DNA of 64,000 nucleotides from Planctomycetota bacterium (lineage in GTDB: Bacteria > Planctomycetota > UBA8108 > SXIK01). The stretch covers positions 4,416,001-4,480,000 of the forward strand of contig CBDCXR010000004.1 in assembly GCA_965223845.1 (NCBI GenBank), in the 5' to 3' direction. The notes under the pieces are model-generated. The model saw nothing but the letters and a program-made list of their open reading frames with translations. It searched no databases and was not told where the DNA came from. This document shows positions 1 through 9,910 of the stretch, one piece after another; the first letter of the stretch is position 1; every line of letters starts with the position of its first letter. The position numbers and the translations under genes are program-made.

Positions 1-2398
1 CACGGTCACTCGCCTTCGGTGCGTCTCTTCCGTCCGGGCTCGATTCGGGCTTCGCGTCTCGACGGATCGCGCGATGAAGTAGGCTTTCATTCAGCGTCAA
101 GGTGATCGCTCGCGGCGAAACCGCGTAGAAGATCGCGAAGTCCTCTCCGAGGAATCCCGGCTCCTCGGTGGGACTCACCTTGACGTATTTCACGCCATCG
201 AGCTCGAGATTCTCCCACCGAGTCATCCCCGGGGCCGACTGCTCCACGAACGCGCGCAGCGATGACAAGAACACGGCCGCGGTGAGGGAGTTCGAAACCT
301 CCACGCGGAGCGCGAGAGGGAGTCGGGCGAGATTTCCTTCGAGGAAGCGCTCCGGATTCTCGGCTGCGGATACCTCCGCCCAAAACGGGTCGACGTCGGC
401 GTAGAACGCGACTGACTTTCCGAGCCAGCCGAGAGGATTCGCGCGGTCGAGTCCGGGTGCCATGTTCGCGGCGAAACTTCCAAATTGTCGCACGGGCGCG
501 GAGTTCCGGTCGACCGCCAGAACCGCGTGGAACAGAGTCCCCGGGTGCGGGTCGCCGGCGTCAGGGGCGAATCGCATCCCGCGCGCGATCTCGACGAGCT
601 GACGGTAGTCGCTTCCCGCGATCAGCGGGAGGACGGTGAGGTCCGCCGCCAAGCGATCCCGCTGCATGGTGAGTCGAATCGCGATCGGGTCGAAGTACCG
701 CCGCCAATTGCGCTGGTACCCATCGCGCCACCGTCCGTAAGCGTCGGCCTCGGCGCGCGTCACCTCGTGAAACTCGAGCTCCGCGATCGGCGTCAGAAAC
801 TCGACGCTTCCGTACTCTTCCGATCGAACGCCGCTGGGCGTCAACTCGTACGCCGTCGCCCCGGGAACGTGATACGACGCGAGGATCGGCCCGGTCTCGA
901 CGCTGCGCCGCGCAATCGGATTGATTTGGCTAGCCTGGAGCTCGCCGAGCATCGCCGCCGCACGCGTTCGGCGCGAGTCGGCGATTCGCCAACGAGGGCC
1001 GCACCAGCGACGGATCGTCGCGTCGCTCAGCATGAGAAACGCCGATTCGTCAGCAGCGCCGAGCTGGTAGCGATCGCGGAAATACTTGTACTCGTCGAGC
1101 CTCGCGAGCGCCGGCGTCTTATCGTTCGTCGCGGCGACGATGCGTCCCATTTGGAAAAGCGAGTTTGTGACGACGACGACGTCTCCGATCGAAAACACGT
1201 ACGATGAGAGCCTGCGATCGTCGGTCACCACCGCGCGGTAGTGGACGCCGGCGACGTCGCCGGTCAGCGCTTTCGCGCCGGGGGTCGACTGCACGGCCGC
1301 GGCGTGCTTGGCACCGAGAAACGTCTGCATCAGCTCGATCTGCTTCGCCTCGAAGAGAATCGCCACATCCGTTCCGAGGCGAAGATAGGGATCCGATCCC
1401 GTCATCGCGACGCTCGCGACAACGTGCGGGCCGAAGGTTCGCGCCAGCGCGCTCACCGAGAGACAGAGCTGAGTCTCGTAGCGTTCTTTCGTGTTCGCGT
1501 CCTCCGCGCGGGGTTCGAGGAGGCCGATGATCGGCGTACCGGACGTCTTCGCTTCGTCGAGAACGGAGACCATCGCACGGAAGTCGGGGAAGAAGAGAGC
1601 GTGCTGATCGGCCGGAATGTTCGACGCGAGCGCGTCGAGCTTCGGCTCTAGTCCCTCGACGAGCGGCTTCCAATCGATCTCAGCGACCGTTATGCCGGGA
1701 ATCGAGTCGAGCGGTACGAGCTCCGCGTTCGCATCGTGCGGCGGGAGCGCGCGGTCGAGCTGAAGGTTCTCGCTCACCGCCCGGCCGCCCGTGAACAGAA
1801 GGAAGGTATCTTCGAGCCGACTCGGTCGCTCGAGGCGTCCGGGCCGCGTGCGCTCGCTCGGATGCGCCGTCTTGACTCCGCGAGCCTCGCGCACCTTACG
1901 CGACTGGTGACGGAACCAAGCCGCGCCGGGCACGTCACGAGAAAGCTGATCGCGATAGGCGTCTTCTTTCGCGCGAAGAAACTCCACGCGGGCCGCGGGT
2001 GACGCGCGATCGGCGGGCAGCCGAAAGCGAAGAACGTCCATCCCGTCGAGCTCCGGTCGCGGAATGTAGACAGATCCGGTCACGTCGCCACCGCCCGGCG
2101 AGCGCACGGAGAGACTCGCATCGCCGTAAGCGTTTCCCTGCGTCCACCGCGTCCAGTCGATCTCGACGTACGCTTCTCCCTCGCCGTCCACTCGCGCGTA
2201 GGGACGCATCGCGGGCCGAATTCGCCAGCGCCGCCAACTGTTTCCGGACGTCCCCGCCGGAAGCTCACCCTCTGTCCACTGAACGTCTGTGAGCCGGATC
2301 GAGAAGTACGCATCGGCCGCGGCGAGTTCGTTCGTCGCCATCGACGCACCCACCAAAGTGAGCAGAGCCGCCAGTCGCATCGTTCGCCCTCGGATCAT
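1..2398 (-). CDS. Large secreted hypothetical protein, 3'-truncated by the window edge (absent from the ORF track)
   Basis: Hand translation of the minus strand from ATG 2398 (alternative ATG 2380) gives MIRGRTMRLAALLTLVGASMA (signal-peptide-like), then ...LFTGGRAVSENLQLDR...GSDPYLRLGTDVAILF...YQRNWRRYFDPIAIRL...PKASDR in one frame reaching position 2. The frame has no stop inside the window, which explains its absence from the track. Confidence 0.85.
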   Translation of the reverse strand, partial: MIRGRTMRLAALLTLVGASMATNELAAADAYFSIRLTDVQWTEGELPAGTSGNSWRRWRIRPAMRPYARVDGEGEAYVEIDWTRWTQGNAYGDASLSVRSPGGGDVTGSVYIPRPELDGMDVLRFRLPADRASPAARVEFLRAKEDAYRDQLSRDVPGAAWFRHQSRKVREARGVKTAHPSERTRPGRLERPSRLEDTFLLFTGGRAVSENLQLDRALPPHDANAELVPLDSIPGITVAEIDWKPLVEGLEPKLDALASNIPADQHALFFPDFRAMVSVLDEAKTSGTPIIGLLEPRAEDANTKERYETQLCLSVSALARTFGPHVVASVAMTGSDPYLRLGTDVAILFEAKQIELMQTFLGAKHAAAVQSTPGAKALTGDVAGVHYRAVVTDDRRLSSYVFSIGDVVVVTNSLFQMGRIVAATNDKTPALARLDEYKYFRDRYQLGAADESAFLMLSDATIRRWCGPRWRIADSRRTRAAAMLGELQASQINPIARRSVETGPILASYHVPGATAYELTPSGVRSEEYGSVEFLTPIAELEFHEVTRAEADAYGRWRDGYQRNWRRYFDPIAIRLTMQRDRLAADLTVLPLIAGSDYRQLVEIARGMRFAPDAGDPHPGTLFHAVLAVDRNSAPVRQFGSFAANMAPGLDRANPLGWLGKSVAFYADVDPFWAEVSAAENPERFLEGNLARLPLALRVEVSNSLTAAVFLSSLRAFVEQSAPGMTRWENLELDGVKYVKVSPTEEPGFLGEDFAIFYAVSPRAITLTLNESLLHRAIRRDAKPESSPDGRDAPKASDR

Positions 2399-2653
2399 GA
2401 TTGCTGCCTCCAGATAAAGTCGTCGGAACACGCTTAAAGCAACACACGTGCCGCGAACTCGAACCGAATCGAACGCGTTGCACCGCCAAGACTTGCGGTA
2501 TTTCAAACGAACGAGAGCGAGACGTTCCTCGATCCCACGGGACATTTTGCGCACGTTCGCGAGCACGGGATGCCCACCCGGTTCGCGTCCGGGAATCCGT
2601 CGTCCGCTGACCTTCTCGCCGCGATAGCTCGTGCTTCTCGAATCCCTCTTCGC

Positions 2654-3742
2654 TCAAACGGATTCGGCGCGACCCGACCGCCCGAGTATCCGATCCAGCG
2701 CATCGCCCGCCTGATGTACGAGAGCTTCGGGATAGTGCGTGAAGGGATGAAAGTACTCGAACGTGAGGTAGCCGTCGTATCCGACCGCATCGAGCGTCTC
2801 CATCACCGCCGGCCAGTTCGTCGTCCCGTCGAGGAGGGGCCGAAAGCTCTCGAGGCTGAAGTCCGTGCCCTTCTTCGTATACTCCTTGAAATGGATGTTT
2901 CGGATGCGCTCGCCGAGAAGCGGAATCCAGTGTTCCGGAAACTGAAACGGCATGATGTTCCCCGTATCGAAGTGGACGTGCACGTTCGGACTCTCGAAGC
3001 TGTCGACGAACTCGATCATGTCCGGCGGACTCATGAGGAACGCGTTGAAGAAAATGTTCTCGACGTTGAGATGGACGCCGAGCTTCTCCGCCGTCGGAAT
3101 GAGCTGGCGCATCCCCGCGCGCGCGCGTTCGTCGCAGATCTTGTACGGGACTTCCTCGGAGTCCTTGAGCCAGGGGATGTACACCGCTCCGGGCACGACG
3201 AGGAGATTGTCCGTGCCGAGGTGATGCGCGGCGTGCGCCATCTTCGTCGCGAGCTCGACGGCGCGCTCGCGCGTCGCGGCGCTGTTTGCCGTAAGCGGGT
3301 AAGGCCAGAAGAGGAACGAGCAGACACCGCTGATCGCGATGCCGATGCGCTCGGCTTCCTTCCGGATCGCGACGAAATCTTTTTCGGTCGCCGATGGTGA
3401 AAGATCGCCTTCGAGATTGTAGTTCACCTCCACCGCATCGAATCCGGCTCGCTTCGCGAGCTCGAAGCACTCGACGAGCGTCATGCGATCGGGATAAGGA
3501 AAAGCCCAGAGGTTGATGGACGACTTCATGCTGTAGCGCTTCGCCGAGCGGCGGAGCGACTCGTCGTTCGCTCCTTCGGGCGTCGAGTCCGCCGCCGCCG
3601 AGCGCGCCGCGAGAAACTCGGTCCCCGCGCAGCCCGCCGCGGACATTCCTGCGGCCGAGGCGCCGAGGAGCCCGGCGTACTTCATGAGGTCGCGGCGGGT
3701 GAAGACGGAATCGCCGAGAAGTCGTTTGGTGCCAGCTTTCAC
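2654..3742 (-). CDS. Tat-exported sugar phosphate isomerase/epimerase (xylose-isomerase-like TIM barrel)
   Basis: FTRRDLMKYAG twin-arginine signal; motifs GFDAVEV, LNVENI, FDTGN, IHFKEY, GYDGYLTFE. GTG at 3742 chosen because GGGAG lies just upstream. Confidence 0.88.
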   Translation of the reverse strand: MKAGTKRLLGDSVFTRRDLMKYAGLLGASAAGMSAAGCAGTEFLAARSAAADSTPEGANDESLRRSAKRYSMKSSINLWAFPYPDRMTLVECFELAKRAGFDAVEVNYNLEGDLSPSATEKDFVAIRKEAERIGIAISGVCSFLFWPYPLTANSAATRERAVELATKMAHAAHHLGTDNLLVVPGAVYIPWLKDSEEVPYKICDERARAGMRQLIPTAEKLGVHLNVENIFFNAFLMSPPDMIEFVDSFESPNVHVHFDTGNIMPFQFPEHWIPLLGERIRNIHFKEYTKKGTDFSLESFRPLLDGTTNWPAVMETLDAVGYDGYLTFEYFHPFTHYPEALVHQAGDALDRILGRSGRAESV

Positions 3743-3973
3743 GTGAGTCTCCCATCGGACGAGTCGTTGAAGCGAGCACGGTGCCGAAGTCGGACCGCGA
3801 GCCAAAGAGTCCACACCGTAGGCCAGTCTCGAAGCACTCGCAACGGTCCTCCTCGCCCTTCCCTACCGCGTAGAGCGCGGCGGAAAGCGGAAACAAATTT
3901 GTTTCCCGCCGTCCGTGCGTCGACGACGATGCGCGTTCGCCGAATCCGAATCGCTCGAAACGGAAGGGACGCC

Positions 3974-5062
3974 ATGCGCCTCACCGAACAAACTCTCCGA
4001 ATCGCCCTCGCCGCAGTCGTTTCGGCACCCACCGCGGCCCTCACCGCCGCCGAGCTCCAGCTCGAGACGCCCCAGAACCACGGCGGATTCTTCTCCTTCG
4101 CATTCTTTCCGAACGGGAAACTCGTCGTCGGGGGAACGGGGAAAGTCACGGCGAGCGCGGGCGGCCGGTCGATCGCGCGCGGGGGCGACGTCGTCGTCTG
4201 GAACGCGAAGACCGGTCGCATCGAAAAGTCTCTGAACGTCGGCGAAACGATCGATTGGGTCCAAATCTCAGGCGACGGGAAGACGATCGCCGCCGCGACG
4301 AACGAGACCCCGCGCGTTCTCTTCTGGCCCGCCGCGAAACGAGTGCGCGGCCCGAAAACGATTCGGCTCCGCGGCCCGTTCTCACTCGATACGCCACCCG
4401 TCTTTTCGCGAGACGGAAAGCTCCTCGTCAGCGTCGCCGAACGCGAACGGAAGCTCGGCGATCAGACGATCCGGACGAGCGGTGAGTTGACGGTGTGGAA
4501 CGTCGCTAAGCGGAGGATCGTGTGGCGCGTGAAGGAATCTCACGTGAAGGCGCTCGCACTCTCCCCCGACGGGAAAACCCTGGCCGGGTACGTGAAGGAG
4601 GTTCACTGGAAGGTGGATCGGAAGCTCGGCGGGCTCTCCGGTGAAACGGGAAAGACCGCAATCACTCTCTGGGACACGAAGAAGGGAAAACCCCGCGGGG
4701 AAATCGGGGATGTGCGCCGCGTGACTCGACTGGCGTTCTTCCCCGATGGCGGTTCGCTCGCGGGAGTCGACGGACGCCGTCTCGTTGTTTGGGACGTCGA
4801 ATCTCTCGAAGAGAAGAACGAGACGAAGATCGAAAGCGATCAGATCCCGGTGTCCCTCGCGTTCTCGAGCGACGGCGGCCGACTCGCGATCCCGCGATTC
4901 ATGGGGAAAACAATCGACGTTTGGGACATGGAAAAAAACGCGGCGGCGCTCCAGCTCACAGAGGAGTTTCCTACGACGTTCGCGAAAGCCGCCTTCTCCG
5001 CGAAAGTCGATCGGATGGCGTGTGTTCGCGGCCACGATCCGGTCGTGATCGATCTCGAGTGA
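3974..5062 (+). CDS. Secreted WD40/beta-propeller repeat protein
   Basis: Signal peptide (MRLTEQTLRIALAAVV...); repeated (F/L)SxDGKxLA...(L/V)W(D/N) units; ATG 3974 follows GGAAGGGA. Confidence 0.85.
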   Translation: MRLTEQTLRIALAAVVSAPTAALTAAELQLETPQNHGGFFSFAFFPNGKLVVGGTGKVTASAGGRSIARGGDVVVWNAKTGRIEKSLNVGETIDWVQISGDGKTIAAATNETPRVLFWPAAKRVRGPKTIRLRGPFSLDTPPVFSRDGKLLVSVAERERKLGDQTIRTSGELTVWNVAKRRIVWRVKESHVKALALSPDGKTLAGYVKEVHWKVDRKLGGLSGETGKTAITLWDTKKGKPRGEIGDVRRVTRLAFFPDGGSLAGVDGRRLVVWDVESLEEKNETKIESDQIPVSLAFSSDGGRLAIPRFMGKTIDVWDMEKNAAALQLTEEFPTTFAKAAFSAKVDRMACVRGHDPVVIDLE

Positions 5063-5069
5063 GGGCGCC

Positions 5070-6314
5070 ATGAAAGAGACAAGGATCCGTCCGAAACTCG
5101 AGTCCGGCGATCGCCGCGGGCGCCGCGGCACGCGCCGATATCGGACGCTCGCGCTCCGGCTCGCGCTCGTCGCCCTTCTCTCGTCGCTGACCGGACCCGC
5201 CGGGAGAGCGGAAGACAGCTCACGGTCACCCGTACTTCTCGGCGCCTACTACTACCCGTGGTACAGCGGCGAGCCCGACGAGAAGAAACGCGGCTGGATG
5301 AAGCAGGCTCTTCGCGGGCGACTCGAGCCGCGACAGCTCCCGCGGCTCGGCGTGTACGACAGCCGCGATCCGAAGGTGATCGAGGATCACATCGCGCAGA
5401 GCCGGCGCGCCGAAATCGATTTTTGGACGGTGAGCTGGTGGGGACCGGGCCGGAGAGAGGATCGGGCACTCCGCGAGAGCATTCTCCCGCACCGCGACGC
5501 GGCGAAGCTCAAGTACGCCGTCCTCTACGAGTCGACCGGACGGTTCGGATCGTTCGACGACCCGGACTTCTCCCATCTCGTTCCCGACTTCGAGTATCTC
5601 GCGAAGACGTACTTCGAGCACCCCCAGTACTTGAAAATCGACGACCGGCCGGTGGTCTTCATCTACCTCACGCGCGCGTACTTTCGCGGCCGCGGCCTCG
5701 AGTCGCTCGCCGAGCTCCGGCGGCGCTTTCCGAAGCTCTACCTCGTCGGCGACGAAGTGTTCGGCCCGCGCTGCCGCGAGCGCGACGTCAAGCAGTGGGA
5801 CGCCGTGACGGCGTACGACGTCTACGGTCAGTCGCTCCAGCGCCTCGGAGCGACGCAGTCCGCTCTCGACCACCTGAAAGCGAACTACGAGCGCGCGAAA
5901 CGGATCGCGAACGGCGCCGGGAAGGCATTCGTTCCCGCGATCGGTCCAGGATTCAACGATCGCGCGGTGCGAGAGGGGCACGTCGGCCGCGCCCGAGCGT
6001 TCACCGATCGGCCGGACTCGAAGGAGGGGGACGTGTTCCGCGAGATGATTCGCCAGATCGCGACGCCGCTCGCCGACGAGCGCGCCCAACGGATGGTGAT
6101 GGTGACGTCGTTCAACGAGTGGTACGAGGACACGCAGATCGAAGCGACGAGCGGCCGCGGAGGGATCACGCGCCGCGACGATTCCGAGTCGGGGCGCTTC
6201 TACACCGAAGGCGAAGCCTACGCTGACTACGGAACGCTCTACCTCGACATCCTCCGCGAGGAGCTCGGGAATCGATCAAAAGAGCCCGCGAAGGATTCGG
6301 CGTCCGCTCGCTGA
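5070..6314 (+). CDS. Glycoside hydrolase family 99/71-like protein (endo-alpha-mannosidase-like)
   Basis: GAYYYPWY, YDSRDP..I..H, VSWWG, PGFND and TSFNEWYEDTQIE motifs; signal peptide; starts 7 nt after the WD40 gene. Confidence 0.85.
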   Translation: MKETRIRPKLESGDRRGRRGTRRYRTLALRLALVALLSSLTGPAGRAEDSSRSPVLLGAYYYPWYSGEPDEKKRGWMKQALRGRLEPRQLPRLGVYDSRDPKVIEDHIAQSRRAEIDFWTVSWWGPGRREDRALRESILPHRDAAKLKYAVLYESTGRFGSFDDPDFSHLVPDFEYLAKTYFEHPQYLKIDDRPVVFIYLTRAYFRGRGLESLAELRRRFPKLYLVGDEVFGPRCRERDVKQWDAVTAYDVYGQSLQRLGATQSALDHLKANYERAKRIANGAGKAFVPAIGPGFNDRAVREGHVGRARAFTDRPDSKEGDVFREMIRQIATPLADERAQRMVMVTSFNEWYEDTQIEATSGRGGITRRDDSESGRFYTEGEAYADYGTLYLDILREELGNRSKEPAKDSASAR

Positions 6315-6315
6315 C

Positions 6316-9300
6316 TCAGCGCGCCAGGACGTCTCCGAGTCCGTCGATCCCGCTCTGGACGTGCGCGATCGTGCCGTCGGCCTCGATCACGAAGACGAGC
6401 GGCGTTCGACCTCGCCCGTAGAGGTTCATCGTCGCGTTGATCCCCGTCCGGTCGGTCGGCGGTTCGTACTCGTCGAATCCTATCGGCAGCGTCCCGAGCC
6501 CGTGCCTTTCGAGGGCGGGACGCACCGTGCTCTCGTGGCCGCTCGAGCTGAGGATCACGGCGGGGGCGGCTCCACCGTTCCGTGAGATTCGCTCGAGCTC
6601 GCGAAGCTGCGGGCCGAGCTCGTCCCACCGGGCATTCGCCCACGCGAATGCGAGGACCGTACGCCGACCGTCGTCTCGCTTCGGTCCCGGAACGTCGGGA
6701 GCCTGAAGCCACGGATCGACCCGCCATTCGGGCGCGGGCTGGCCGAGCATCGTCTCGGCTTTCTCCCAGCGGCGCTCGCTGGCGTCGGAGGAATCTCTTT
6801 CCGGGTGTAGCACAAACGTCAGCTTCGACGATCCCGGAGCGATTCCGTTCCAGCCCCGATAGACGTAGCCCGTCTTCCGAACGAGGAGGTCGACCGGCTC
6901 GTCGCTGAGAAGGTGTTCAATGCGAAACCGACCCTCGCCGTCCGTGAGCGTTTCGTTCATGCCCCGGGAGCTCTTGTTCTCCGAGCTCGCGACGATCGCC
7001 GCCGCGCCGAGCGGCTTTCCGTCCGGGTCGAGCACGCGACCCGCGATCGAGCTCGTCCCGCGCTTCAAGTAGAGGTCCTCGACGACGTACGCATCGTCCT
7101 TCGCGACGCGGAAACGCGCGCTCTGCGCGGTGCTGAACTCTCCTCCGCCGGCGGCAACGTGGTAATTCTTCTTCGCCACGGCGGCGAGCTCGTACTGGCC
7201 GTCCGCATCCGTTATCGCACGCGTGGTCGGGTTCCAGGCCCACGGCCGGATCCCGTCGGTTTCCCCGTCTTCCCATTCTCGCCACGCCATCACCGGGACG
7301 TCCTCGAGGGGAGCCCCGTCGGGCCCGAGGATCCTCCCCCGTGCCGTTCCGTAGGGCACGTCCGCGGGGGAAATTGCCGGCGAAGTCCTGCGCTCGAGCC
7401 GAAAGTCCACGCCTTCCCGGCGACGCTCGTCGGCCGCGATCTCGAGCGGAACGGAATCCCGCGGTCGATCGTATTCTTCGGGCCAAGACATCAAGTAGAG
7501 CCGGAGCGACCCTCCCGGCACTCGCAGCTCGTAACGCCCGTCGTCGCCGGTCGACGCTCTCCCGACAAGATGCTCACAGCGGTTCGCGACGCTGAGTACC
7601 GCAACGAGCACGTCGGGGATCGGTTCGCCCGTACTCGCGTCCGCAACGCTGCCGCTCACGAGCGCGCCGCTCTCGAGCTCGACGTTGAGCTCCGTCGTTT
7701 CTCCGGCACTCACCTGAACGAGGCCGTAGACCGGCATCGTCCACTCCTCCCGAGCGAACGCATTGGGCAGCGTCACGCTGTACGAGGTCGGGGGTAACCC
7801 GGTGATGCGATACGTTCCGTCGTCCGCGATCTCGGCGAAGAACTCTTCGCGGACGGAAACCGAATCCTGCGGTGTTGCCGCGAGACCGATCCCGCGCACA
7901 GGGTCGCCTGTTTCCTTATGTGTGAACCTCCCCGTAATGACGGCTTCCGCATCGAGTCGAAGCACGATATCGCGGAGTCGTCTCGGCTCTTCGCCCATGA
8001 ACTGAGCCTGCCCGAGTCCATCCCCCTCCGCCGCGAGATAGATCGTGGACATCGACGGCAGACCCCGAAAGACGAATCGCCCGTTGCCGTCCGGCTGGAC
8101 ATCAAACTGCTCCGAAAGGACGCTTCGCGTCTCGCCGTATCGCGAAAACGACGCGCCTTCGAACGACGGCTGGCGGGGATCGGTCTTTCGCGAAAGGCTG
8201 AGGAGACGGACGGTGACGTCGCGCGGATCAAAGCCCGCGGGGACTTCGACGGTTCCTTCGACGCGCGCGACCTCGACGAGCAGGATCTCGATGGAATCCA
8301 TTCGATTCTCGCCTTCGGAGCTCGCGTCTCCGACGCCCGCGAGTCGATCCTCGAATCGGGCGTACGCCGCAAGGAAGACGCTCCTCCCGGCGGGCGCGCG
8401 CGGGAGAACATCCTCCGCGTACGCCCGTCCGTGCTCGTCCGTCGTGAACGGTCCGAAGACCGCGGATCGCAGCTCGCTTCGGTCCGTCTCTCTCGAGACC
8501 TCGACGACGTGAACGGTCGCGTCAGGGACCGGTGACCCAGCCTCGTCGACGCAGCGAACAGCGAAGGATCGCTCGAGGTGGATCTCTTCGCTCGCGTCGG
8601 CACCGGCGGCGAGTTCGAGCTCGGTCTCGGTCGTCCGAAAGCCAGACTTGGAAGCTGAGAGCAGGTATCTTCCGGGCGCGATCTCGAGCGCGAAGGAACC
8701 GTTTTCGTCGGTAGCGACTTGCCGATCGCCGGCGGCGACGTTCACGCCGACAAGCGCTGTTCCCGTATCGGCATCGCGGGCAACCCCGACGATCGAAGCG
8801 GTCGCGACCGCGCTCGATACCGACTCGCGCGATCGTTCCGCCACCGGAGCGGAAGCGGGGGCGACCTCACTCGCGAGACGGGTGTCGACGGGCGGAGAAG
8901 GAGCGTCGCTCGTCCAGAGGTCTCCGAACCAAAGGAGAGCCGCGAGAACGAGAAGAGCCGCGGCGACGATCGATACCTTCGTCTTCAATTTCATCGCGAG
9001 CACTCCTGCTCCTCCGATCCTGGTGATGGCCCCGGCGACGACGCCCTCGGCCGTGCTCGCCGAGCCCGCAAGAGAGAGCTTTCCGAGCGTCGCATTGAGG
9101 CTCGACGGTGCCGCTTCGACGGCCTGAGTGCCGAGCCACGTCGCGAGCGCGGCGGTCCCGACGCGCACGCCGCGCCGACGGAGCCGGTCGCGGATACGGT
9201 CGACGCCGCGGTGAACTCGGTACCGAACCGTCGCTGGGCTCACGTCGAGAGTCGCGGCGATCTCGTCGTGCGATCTCCCCTCGAGAAAGCGGAGCACAAC

Positions 9301-9690
9301 CGCGAGCTTCAGCTTCTCCGGCAGTCGTTCGATGGCGCGGTCCACCTCCTCGAGAAGCCCGTCTACGGGGACGTCGTCCCGCGTCTCACGCCCCGCCGTG
9401 GAGAGCTCTTCTCGCTTCCGGCGACGACGATTCGACCGCACGCGATCGATCGAGCGCCGGACGGCGAGCGTGTGGAGCCAAGGGGCGAGCGAGGCTCGCA
9501 CCGTGGCCCTCGAGCCCATGAGCTCGATGAAGCACTCCTGGGCGACGTCCTCCGCGTCAGCGGCGTTCCCGAGGACGCGCTTGCTCGCCGCGTAGACCAT
9601 CCCCGAGTGCCGCGCCACCAATTCGGCGAACGCGTCGGCGTCGCGCCGTGATCGCCAGCGGTCCCAGAGTGCTGTATCCTGTACGTTCAT
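6316..9690 (-). CDS. ECF sigma-70 factor with transmembrane helix and ~870-aa C-terminal extension (carboxypeptidase-regulatory-like repeats plus thioredoxin-like fold)
   Basis: Sigma2 (AFAELVARH...DAEDVAQECF...WL) and sigma4 (LPEKLKLAVVLRFLEGRSHDEIA...TVRYR); TM VSIVAAALLVLAALLWF; repeated GxVxD.xG.P...TDxxGxF/Y units; C-terminal GQPAPEW...PLVFVIEADGTI. Confidence 0.88.
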   Translation of the reverse strand: MNVQDTALWDRWRSRRDADAFAELVARHSGMVYAASKRVLGNAADAEDVAQECFIELMGSRATVRASLAPWLHTLAVRRSIDRVRSNRRRRKREELSTAGRETRDDVPVDGLLEEVDRAIERLPEKLKLAVVLRFLEGRSHDEIAATLDVSPATVRYRVHRGVDRIRDRLRRRGVRVGTAALATWLGTQAVEAAPSSLNATLGKLSLAGSASTAEGVVAGAITRIGGAGVLAMKLKTKVSIVAAALLVLAALLWFGDLWTSDAPSPPVDTRLASEVAPASAPVAERSRESVSSAVATASIVGVARDADTGTALVGVNVAAGDRQVATDENGSFALEIAPGRYLLSASKSGFRTTETELELAAGADASEEIHLERSFAVRCVDEAGSPVPDATVHVVEVSRETDRSELRSAVFGPFTTDEHGRAYAEDVLPRAPAGRSVFLAAYARFEDRLAGVGDASSEGENRMDSIEILLVEVARVEGTVEVPAGFDPRDVTVRLLSLSRKTDPRQPSFEGASFSRYGETRSVLSEQFDVQPDGNGRFVFRGLPSMSTIYLAAEGDGLGQAQFMGEEPRRLRDIVLRLDAEAVITGRFTHKETGDPVRGIGLAATPQDSVSVREEFFAEIADDGTYRITGLPPTSYSVTLPNAFAREEWTMPVYGLVQVSAGETTELNVELESGALVSGSVADASTGEPIPDVLVAVLSVANRCEHLVGRASTGDDGRYELRVPGGSLRLYLMSWPEEYDRPRDSVPLEIAADERRREGVDFRLERRTSPAISPADVPYGTARGRILGPDGAPLEDVPVMAWREWEDGETDGIRPWAWNPTTRAITDADGQYELAAVAKKNYHVAAGGGEFSTAQSARFRVAKDDAYVVEDLYLKRGTSSIAGRVLDPDGKPLGAAAIVASSENKSSRGMNETLTDGEGRFRIEHLLSDEPVDLLVRKTGYVYRGWNGIAPGSSKLTFVLHPERDSSDASERRWEKAETMLGQPAPEWRVDPWLQAPDVPGPKRDDGRRTVLAFAWANARWDELGPQLRELERISRNGGAAPAVILSSSGHESTVRPALERHGLGTLPIGFDEYEPPTDRTGINATMNLYGRGRTPLVFVIEADGTIAHVQSGIDGLGDVLAR

Positions 9691-9910
9691 CGCACTTCAG
9701 CCGATCCAAACGAACGTGGTCCCGCGGCTCCTCCCTGGAGCACCCGCGTCCGGTGTTCGCTCAGAGATCGTCACCGAAACGCGAAACCGCAAAGAAATCT
9801 CAGCCGTTTCGTCGACGCCCGATCGAGACGGAGGAGTGAGCACCGGGCGCGCGAGCGAACGAAGGTGCTCTAAGCTATCGAGTCGAAATTCGAGGAAGGA
9901 AATCGAGCTC

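Noticed and set aside
2265-3896. 543-aa ORF and the many other long Arg-rich or antisense ORFs (e.g. 22484-23983, 51084-52319, 55231-56928)
   Set aside because: They are alternative-frame shadows of well-supported genes, expected in high-GC DNA, and carry no motifs.
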